A stretch of DNA of 64,000 nt from Gemmatimonadota bacterium (GTDB lineage Bacteria; Gemmatimonadota; Gemmatimonadetes; Gemmatimonadales; Gemmatimonadaceae): assembly GCA_040389905.1 (NCBI GenBank), contig JAZJZK010000014.1:160001-224000 (forward strand). The letters are read 5' to 3'. Under the pieces are notes generated by a model. It made no database searches. It saw only the letters and a list, made by a program, of their open reading frames with translations, and was not told the origin of the DNA. This document shows, one piece after another, positions 38,732 through 45,575 of this stretch. The first letter of the stretch is position 1, and each line of letters starts with the position of its first letter. The position numbers and the translations under genes were made by a program.

Positions 38732-40201
38732 CTACTTCAGTAGGTAGTCCCGAAGCGCAGGTAACGGCCGCTCGGCGGTGGCGCGGCGGTGCAGGTATTC
38801 GCTCCTCTCTTGTACGGCGCCCGTGTTCAGAGGCAGGAGATACACGAACGTCGCAGCGGCAAAACAGAGGAACCCAGCGTACAGCGCCGCAGACCCACGG
38901 GAATCAAACGCCCAGAATCGACTCTCGTCGTCCGTGCCCCATCCGGCCAGCGCGCCGACGCCGAACGCAACGAGCATCGCGCTGTAGATGAATGCGAAGA
39001 AGTAATGGTACAGATACATCGGCCGCGAGATGAGCGCGAAGGGCAGAAAGTTCAGGAGATATGCGACGACAAGCACGATGAGCGCATGACGGTAGCGCAC
39101 GAGCGCGACGCGACGCGTCGCTGCACTGACCGCGACGGCGATCATGCCACACAGAAGCGGAAACCAGATGGCCGGGTTGCCGAAGAGCGCGATCCACCGA
39201 ACATGCGCGGCATCGGGATGCGATTCCCAGAAACCGATGCCATGCTTCGCGACGGGCCAGCTGTACCACGGAGAGGCACCGACGTTGAAGTCAGTCGCCC
39301 AGCCGAGGTTGATGAGCATCATCGCGCGATGCAGAAGTGCAAACGCACTCCAGAATGGGAACGTCGCCCCAGGCACGTACGATCGACTGCCGATCAACGT
39401 GGCCTGGAATGGAATGGGCATCGTGGTGTCATTGAGCCCGGAGCGGTGAAGCAACGCGAAATGGATCGCGAAGGGGATCACGTACGCCAACACGGGCACG
39501 ACGAGGAACAGTCCTGCCTCGAGTACGACGGTGAAACCGCGTCGTCGCTCAGCCACGACGTCGAATAGCCAGAGCAGCCCGATGAGGGCGAGCGCGGTGA
39601 GTCCCGTCCACTTCGTGCCCGCGGTCATGCCGCCCGCGATGGCAGCGGCGACGAGGAGCATCCAACGCGTGCGTCCGGTGGCGTTGCGAGCCGCGACGAA
39701 GAAGTACACCGCTGACACCCCGAACAGCGTCAGCATGCTGTCCATGACGATCACGCGGGAAATGACGAGCAGTGCGTTGTCGAGGAGCAGGACAGCTGCG
39801 GCGAAGGTCGCCATGCGACGGCTCGCACCGAGCTCGCGCATGAGGAGGAAGACGACCGGGATGATCAGTGCGCCGGCAAGCGCTGGCAGGACCCTGAGCA
39901 TGGGGGTCGGTTGGTTGGTGGCGAGATCGGTGCCGGACACGCCGAGGACGCGCGCGGCGGCGTAGAGCAGCAACTTGCCGAGCGGAGGGTGCACGTCGAC
40001 GTAGTACTTGCCCGTGAAATAGGCTCCCGTAAAGCGCTCGAAGTGCACCTCGTCCCACACCACCGCGCGTGGAGAGATCAGCATCCAGAAGCGTGTGAGG
40101 AACGCCAGCGCGGTCAGTACCGCGAATTCAGGGCACCTGAGCGCCGAACGTTTGGGAGACGGCGACACCACTGGTGTATTGGGAATTGTCGCAGAGATCA
40201 C
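38732..40201 (-). CDS. Protein O-mannosyltransferase-like (GT39/PMT) membrane glycosyltransferase
   Basis: VVWDEVHF, DVHPPLGK, SR...D, KWTG, SPWYSWP, GNPAIW, YLYHY. Confidence 0.9.
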   Translation of the reverse strand: MISATIPNTPVVSPSPKRSALRCPEFAVLTALAFLTRFWMLISPRAVVWDEVHFERFTGAYFTGKYYVDVHPPLGKLLLYAAARVLGVSGTDLATNQPTPMLRVLPALAGALIIPVVFLLMRELGASRRMATFAAAVLLLDNALLVISRVIVMDSMLTLFGVSAVYFFVAARNATGRTRWMLLVAAAIAGGMTAGTKWTGLTALALIGLLWLFDVVAERRRGFTVVLEAGLFLVVPVLAYVIPFAIHFALLHRSGLNDTTMPIPFQATLIGSRSYVPGATFPFWSAFALLHRAMMLINLGWATDFNVGASPWYSWPVAKHGIGFWESHPDAAHVRWIALFGNPAIWFPLLCGMIAVAVSAATRRVALVRYRHALIVLVVAYLLNFLPFALISRPMYLYHYFFAFIYSAMLVAFGVGALAGWGTDDESRFWAFDSRGSAALYAGFLCFAAATFVYLLPLNTGAVQERSEYLHRRATAERPLPALRDYLLK

Positions 40202-40264
40202 AGGGTGGTCAATCGCGTATTGGATGAACGTGACTGGAAGGTCGGAAGGTAGCCAGCATGTCGT

Positions 40265-40756
40265 TCAGAGGTTGCGCTGCCAATAGGCAACATCGATCCA
40301 GCGACCGAACTTGAAGCCGACCTCGCGAAAGTGGGCCACTCTCGTCATCCCCAGCTTCTGATGCAGTGCGACGCTCGCGTCGTTCGGCAGGGCGACACCA
40401 CCGATAACCGTATGGAACGAGCGAGCGCGGAGCGCATCGAATAAGTGCTCGTACAGCGTGGTGCCAAATCCGCGCGTCATGACGTCGTGCGCCAGGTAGA
40501 TGGTGCTTTCAACCGCGAAGCGATACGCAGGCCGGCTCTTCCATTGCGTGGCATATGCATACCCCGCAACGCGGCCTCCGTCTTCCAACACCAACCAGGG
40601 TAGCGAAGCGGATACAACGGCGTCGATGCGTCGCGCCATCTCAGCGGGAACCACGGGCTCTTCCTCGAACGTGACGATCGAATTCGACACATAGTAGTTG
40701 TAGATGGCTGCGATGACAGCAGCATCCGTGCGCTCCACTGGGCGGATCAGCGACAT
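40265..40756 (-). CDS. GNAT acetyltransferase, phosphinothricin/arsinothricin N-acetyltransferase-like
   Basis: IYNYYV...TFEE, YRFAVESTIY, LPNDASVALH, VGFKFGRWIDV. Confidence 0.93.
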   Translation of the reverse strand: MSLIRPVERTDAAVIAAIYNYYVSNSIVTFEEEPVVPAEMARRIDAVVSASLPWLVLEDGGRVAGYAYATQWKSRPAYRFAVESTIYLAHDVMTRGFGTTLYEHLFDALRARSFHTVIGGVALPNDASVALHQKLGMTRVAHFREVGFKFGRWIDVAYWQRNL

Positions 40757-40802
40757 GTCATCACCGGTGGTTCTGCGTTTCGCCATCACGCATAGTCAAT
40801 TC

Positions 40803-41100
40803 GGAAACGGCCAAACCAAGACCAAAAACAAACCAAAACCAAAACCAATTGACCGCAGAGGTCGCAGAGGTCGCAGAGGACGACGTAACTGCACACTGCT
40901 CAAACGCTTCCCGGTACTGTGTGCGTCATTGACGTCGTCCTCTGCGATCCTCTGCGGCTTTTTCAGTTCTCTGCGACCTCTGCGGTGAATCGGTTGCAGT
41001 TGCAGTTGCAGTTGTCGTTGCAGTTGTCGTTGCAGTTGTCGTTGCAGTTGCCGTTGCTGTTTCCATTCCAATTGGCGTTGCCATTGCAGTGGCCGCTGCA
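40803..41100. repeat. Family B palindromic element with hexamer (TTGCAG/TTGTCG)n tail
   Basis: Arms accgcagaggtcgcagaggtcgcagagg / tctctgcgacctctgcggt, with an AAACC-rich left tail and a GTTGCA-rich right tail. Confidence 0.8.
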
Positions 41101-41108
41101 AAATCACA

Positions 41109-42425
41109 TCAGGAATCCGCGGCAATCACGGTATTGAGCAACACGTTCGCACCGTTGACGACGTCTTGCGGGCGCGTGAACTCCTTCGGCGAGTGACTGA
41201 TACCTCCGACACTTGGCACGAAGATCATGCCGATCGGCGCAACGTGGGCAATCTCTTGCGCGTCGTGTCCCGCGCCACTCGGCATGCGTTGCGACGTGAG
41301 CGCTAGCGACGACACACTGCTTTCGATCCACCGCATGATTCGCGTATCGCAGAGTGCCGGTTCGCTGTCGACCAGCCGCTTGAATGCGAATGTCGTCCCC
41401 GTGGCGGTCCCGATGTCACGGGCCAATGACTCGAACCGTTCGCTGAATCGCGCGAGCTTCGTGCGGTCGAGGTCGCGCAGGTCGACGGTCATCACCACCT
41501 GCCCCGGAATGACATTCGTCGTATTGGGCGACGGGATGACGCGACCCACCGTGGCCACCTGGCGGCCCGGCTCTCCGCGAATCGCATCGTTCACGGCAAC
41601 GGTGAACTTCGCCGCGGCAAGCATGGCATCCTGCCGGCGGTCCATCGGTGTCGTACCAGCGTGATTCGCGAAGCCGGTGATCGTGATCTCGAACCACCGC
41701 AAACCGACGATGCCTTCGACGATGCCGATCTGGCGGCCATCACGATCGAGAAACCCGCCCTGCTCGATGTGTAGCTCGAGGTAGCACGAGATATCCCCGC
41801 GCTTGAGTTCCGCCGATTGCAGCTTCCCAACGTCGCCACCTGCGATGCCGATCCCCTCACGAATGGTTTTCCCGGACCGCGCCACCTTGTCGAGATCCTC
41901 GCTGGTGAGCGCACCGATCGCGAGCTTGCTGCCGATCGTTCCGCCCTCCTCGTTCTGCCACACCACGACATCGACGGAATGACGGAGGCGCACCTGCTGC
42001 TCCCGCAGTGAACGAGCGACCTCGATGGCCGAGAACGACCCAACCGGCCCGTCGTAGTTGCCGCCGTCGGTGACGGAGTCGACGTGCGAACCGATGAGGA
42101 TCGGCGCGAGCCCGCGGTCGCTTCCCTCGACGCGACCATAGATGTTTCCGGCCGCGTCGATGCGCGGATTGAGCCCTGATTGCCGCATCGCATCGAGGGC
42201 GAACGCCCGCCCCGCGCGGTCGGCGTCCGAGTACGCGACGCGATTGACCCCACCACTCGTGCGTCCAATGGCGTCGAATGCCGAAAGCCAGCCGTTGAGC
42301 CGCGCTCCGTCTACTACGAGTGGCACGGCCACAGGGAAGATCGAGGCGCGAGGCCGCGCCTCGCGGTGGAGCGCAGGAACTGCGGCAAGCGCGGATGCGT
42401 GCGCTAGGAATTCGCGTCGATTCAT
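41109..42425 (-). CDS. M20 Zn-dependent amidohydrolase (N-carbamoylase/allantoate amidohydrolase family), Tat signal
   Basis: MNRREFL, GSHVDSV..GGNYDG, NEEG, ELHIEQG, NHAGTTPM, SGAGHDA, GISHSPKE. Confidence 0.95.
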   Translation of the reverse strand: MNRREFLAHASALAAVPALHREARPRASIFPVAVPLVVDGARLNGWLSAFDAIGRTSGGVNRVAYSDADRAGRAFALDAMRQSGLNPRIDAAGNIYGRVEGSDRGLAPILIGSHVDSVTDGGNYDGPVGSFSAIEVARSLREQQVRLRHSVDVVVWQNEEGGTIGSKLAIGALTSEDLDKVARSGKTIREGIGIAGGDVGKLQSAELKRGDISCYLELHIEQGGFLDRDGRQIGIVEGIVGLRWFEITITGFANHAGTTPMDRRQDAMLAAAKFTVAVNDAIRGEPGRQVATVGRVIPSPNTTNVIPGQVVMTVDLRDLDRTKLARFSERFESLARDIGTATGTTFAFKRLVDSEPALCDTRIMRWIESSVSSLALTSQRMPSGAGHDAQEIAHVAPIGMIFVPSVGGISHSPKEFTRPQDVVNGANVLLNTVIAADS

Positions 42426-42584
42426 GGGGAGGTGCTGGTCGCGAGTGGGTCGGGCGGCCGACGAGCCAACGTACGGTGCCCGCCAAACACTGTCCATCCG
42501 GACAGAACAGCGATCGACCTCAACAATAACTCGCGCCGTTCCCCACCGCGTGACGGTATATGGCGCCCACGTGGTGCATCTTTG

Positions 42585-43022
42585 TCAGAAGGTCGGCGCA
42601 CGCCCGTGCGCTGAGGCCTTCACGAATTCTTCTGGGGAGTCGAGGAGCGACCGGACGAGGCGCCACGCGGCGATGCTTGCCTCTCCATGCGAACGAGCGA
42701 CGAGAAATACGTGGTGAGGCGTTCTCTCTACGGGAATGCTCCACACGGACGGCAGCGCCACGACCGACTCGTCATGCAGGCAGACGAGTTGGCATTGCGG
42801 CGCGACCAATTGGAGGCGAGAGAGCAGTGGCAGCGTCGGAATGCCGCTGCGATCGCGCGTGCCGACGACGATGACGCGTGGCGCGTGAAGTTTGGCGAAA
42901 TTCAGGCACGCGCGCCGCCCGGGGACGTGAACCGAATACCGAGACCACTCAGGTAGCGCCCGCAGTGCGGTAGCCCACTGCTTGCCTGCAGGCCCTAGAA
43001 GGACACTCTTGCCAACATTCAT
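42585..43022 (-). CDS. Stand-alone receiver-like protein, paralogous to the N-terminal domain of the AraC regulator at 44691
   Basis: DRSGIPTLPLLSRLQLVAP aligns with DVSGDPTAPLFRFLTDHAP (10/19 identical) at the same distance from the N-terminus. Confidence 0.65.
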   Translation of the reverse strand: MNVGKSVLLGPAGKQWATALRALPEWSRYSVHVPGRRACLNFAKLHAPRVIVVGTRDRSGIPTLPLLSRLQLVAPQCQLVCLHDESVVALPSVWSIPVERTPHHVFLVARSHGEASIAAWRLVRSLLDSPEEFVKASAHGRAPTF

Positions 43023-43055
43023 TCCGAGAGTATTGTGGCTAACACGCGTGCGCGC

Positions 43056-43092
43056 CGTCACCGTACGGGGATATATGGAAGCTTTTTGGGGA
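43056..43092. promoter_or_regulatory. CGTCAC-N5-GGGGA motif with a second GGGGA 21 bp further on
   Basis: cgtcaccgtacgggga 43056-43071 is 14/16 identical to 44648-44663. Confidence 0.6.
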
Positions 43093-43150
43093 AAAAACGA
43101 AATCAGGCCACGTCGAGCTCCCCGGTGACGCATCAGCACCAGTCGCAACG

Positions 43151-44365
43151 ATGATCGCCCCACTGTCCGCCCTGGATGCCTATCGGGGAGATCGCGCGTC
43201 GGCTGGCGTTGACGTCTTTACGCCCGTCGATGCCGAGTTGACACAGATTGCAGAGTTATTGACGCGCTGCACGCAGCTTCCAAGGAACGGGGCATCGGCG
43301 CGTGTCAACGCCGCGCTGCGTGCCGAATGTGCGCGCCTTGCCCAATCAGTGGCCGAAGCGCTGGACATTCGGTCGCCAGACCAAATCACGGACAGGACGC
43401 CGGCCGCAGTCGCTGCCGTCTTGCGAGCCGCAGCAAGTCTCCTGGAGGACACGGAGGCCCTGCGATTCGCGAATGCGCTCCTGTTCCTCGCCGATCGCGT
43501 GCTCGGTGCAGACGCAGGGGTGATCGAGCAGGGACGCATTCTCGCGCAGCGCGCACGCGTGGCGCGTAAGATTGGCGACCAAAAGGCATCGATGACGCTG
43601 TACGGTCTCGTGCGCGACATGGCCGAACGAGAGGCATCGCCGGAGCTGCACGCCCGCGCGCACGTCGGGTTCGCCGTGCTCGCCCGCGCCCGCGGCAACA
43701 TTCCCCTCATGACCGAGCACGCACGCGCGGCGTTGGAGTACGGCGTGCGCTCCCAGCTTCCCGAGCTGCTCGCGATGGGGCATCGTTCGATGATGCTTGC
43801 CTCCGCCGCGGTCGGCAAGCTCGATGACGCGGTCCTTCATGCGTGGGGGGAGTACAGTGTGTTTCGTGGAGATCCGGCGCGTGAGGTGAACGCACTCCTG
43901 ACCGTGGCGCAGGCCGTTCTCGATTACGGAGAGCCGGCGATCGCACTGCGTGCGTTCGCCGTGGTGCTCCGTCGGCCGCTCCCCAAGCGAGCCGAACTCC
44001 CATGCCTCGGAGGCGCGGCCGTCGCGGCGGCGAAAGTTGGCGAACGACGCCTCGTTGCGCGCATCGTCCGGCGTATCGATGACCTCACGGCCAGCACTGG
44101 TCATCCATTCGATTCCCTTTCGTCGCGTGCGGAAGCGGTGATGGCGCTGACCATTCTCCGCGACGCGACCGCGGAAGTGCGGCGGCAGGCAGTGCTTGAG
44201 GAAGCAGAGGCGGCGGGCTTCCATGAAATTGCCTACCGGATGGCGCACTTGACGCCGCCGAAAAAGGCAAGCAGCCCCGCGCCGCTCGCCTCCGTCGAGC
44301 TTCGCGAGGTACTCGCTGGGCTGGAGGAGGTGAGCAGCGGCATGGAATTGCAGACTGCGTTCTAG
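43151..44365 (+). CDS. Cytoplasmic all-helical TPR-like protein (404 aa)
   Basis: Repeating Ala-rich helix pairs with Gly turns (ARKIGDQKAS, RARGNIPLM, AAVGKLDDA, LDYGEPAIA, AKVGERRL). No signal peptide or enzyme motif. Confidence 0.75.
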   Translation: MIAPLSALDAYRGDRASAGVDVFTPVDAELTQIAELLTRCTQLPRNGASARVNAALRAECARLAQSVAEALDIRSPDQITDRTPAAVAAVLRAAASLLEDTEALRFANALLFLADRVLGADAGVIEQGRILAQRARVARKIGDQKASMTLYGLVRDMAEREASPELHARAHVGFAVLARARGNIPLMTEHARAALEYGVRSQLPELLAMGHRSMMLASAAVGKLDDAVLHAWGEYSVFRGDPAREVNALLTVAQAVLDYGEPAIALRAFAVVLRRPLPKRAELPCLGGAAVAAAKVGERRLVARIVRRIDDLTASTGHPFDSLSSRAEAVMALTILRDATAEVRRQAVLEEAEAAGFHEIAYRMAHLTPPKKASSPAPLASVELREVLAGLEEVSSGMELQTAF

Positions 44366-44375
44366 TGCAAACCGA

Positions 44376-44573
44376 TCACTCGTCGCCTATGCACCGTCCA
44401 TTCGGGTTCTGGTATCCGCTCTTGCAGAGCGGATTCGGAATGCTGTCGCCTTCATCACGTGTCGAAGGCACCGGCTTCAATTGGCGAGGGGCGACAGAAT
44501 CGGACGCGCTACAGGCAGCAACCGTAGCGATGGCGCTGAGAACGACGATCAATCGAAGGCGGGCAGCCGACAT
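44376..44573 (-). CDS. 65-aa lipoprotein-type propeptide with C-terminal CKSGYQNPNGRC loop
   Basis: GGAG RBS, basic n-region, hydrophobic h-region, lipobox VAAC (Cys21), low-complexity linker, Cys50 and Cys61. Confidence 0.75.
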   Translation of the reverse strand: MSAARLRLIVVLSAIATVAACSASDSVAPRQLKPVPSTRDEGDSIPNPLCKSGYQNPNGRCIGDE

Positions 44574-44627
44574 CGGAAGCTCCAGATAAAGGGAGATTCA
44601 GATGTGCGTTGCTTTGGCTCTTCAGCC

Positions 44628-44663
44628 CGTCATCGTCTGGGGTAGGGCGTCACGCTACGGGGA
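44628..44663. promoter_or_regulatory. Tandem CGTCAY-N5-GGGGW sites (20-bp period), candidate AraC operator
   Basis: cgtcatcgtctggggt 44628-44643 and cgtcacgctacgggga 44648-44663, between the divergent peptide and AraC genes. Confidence 0.6.
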
Positions 44664-44690
44664 ACGACGCGAATTCGTGCTCGCAATTCC

Positions 44691-45476
44691 ATGAGCGAAT
44701 TCCGCCGCGTGGTGCTCGCGCTCGTGCTTGGTCGCATCGCTCAGGCGCGACTCAGATCGGCACTGACTGCCTCTGATGAGATCCGCTTCTTCGAGACGGT
44801 TGCCGATGTGCGCGAGGCGCTTGCGGACTCCGCACACGCATTGATGGTGCTCATGGAGGCGAAGGATGTCTCCGGCGACCCAACCGCTCCGCTGTTCCGT
44901 TTCCTGACCGACCACGCCCCCGCGATCGTCACGATCGGCTTCTTGCCGCACGCGTCGCCGTCGGCGGGAATTCGCGACCTGGTGAACAGCGGCGTCAACG
45001 CGCTGATTCAGGAAGGCGTCGATGACTTTGGGATGGCACTTCGTGCCGCCTATGACGGTGGAATCGAGGCCTGTGCCGCGCGAGCGGTTCGGCGCGCGCT
45101 CGATCCCATCGTCGCCGGCGAGCCTCGCGTTCTTGTCGACTATTGCCTCCAGTACCCTCGCGAGGATCTCTCCATCGCCGGCCTGGCGCGGGCGCTCGGC
45201 TGCGATCGAAAGACGCTGTGGAACACGACGGCGCGAATGGGCCTACCCGCACCGAGTGACCTCGTTATCTGGTCGAGACTCTTTCTTGCCGCGGCGATCC
45301 TCGAGAGCACCGGCTATACCGTCGAGAAAGTGGCGCTCCAACTCAGCTTTGCGTCGCCGTCCGCATTTCGCAACGCGTGCCGCCGGCATGCGAAACAAAA
45401 GCCGGCGGAGTGGCGACGGCCTGGTGGTCTCGCGCAGTGTATCTCGGCGTTCGTGGATCACAGAACGTCGAAGTAG
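44691..45476 (+). CDS. AraC-family regulator with N-terminal pseudo-receiver-like domain
   Basis: C-terminal double HTH: SIAGLARALGCDRKTL...TVEKVALQLSFASPSAFRNACRR...P.EWR. Confidence 0.9.
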   Translation: MSEFRRVVLALVLGRIAQARLRSALTASDEIRFFETVADVREALADSAHALMVLMEAKDVSGDPTAPLFRFLTDHAPAIVTIGFLPHASPSAGIRDLVNSGVNALIQEGVDDFGMALRAAYDGGIEACAARAVRRALDPIVAGEPRVLVDYCLQYPREDLSIAGLARALGCDRKTLWNTTARMGLPAPSDLVIWSRLFLAAAILESTGYTVEKVALQLSFASPSAFRNACRRHAKQKPAEWRRPGGLAQCISAFVDHRTSK

Positions 45477-45575
45477 ATGCTCTTGCTGTGGCTTGGCTGA
45501 GCAGGCGTCCTGCGAGGAAGAGAGTAGTTTCTCATCTTACCCGCACCTTCAGTTTCTCGATAACAGGGGAATTCC

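Noticed and set aside
40796..41137. ORFs with QLQ/LQL and RRGRRG repeats (40796-41125, 40919-41137)
   Set aside because: These are translations of the palindromic element and its hexamer tail, not coding-like.
43119..43130. TCCCC-G-GTGACG as a further operator copy
   Set aside because: Both half-sites are present but spaced by 1 nt instead of 5, so it was not counted.
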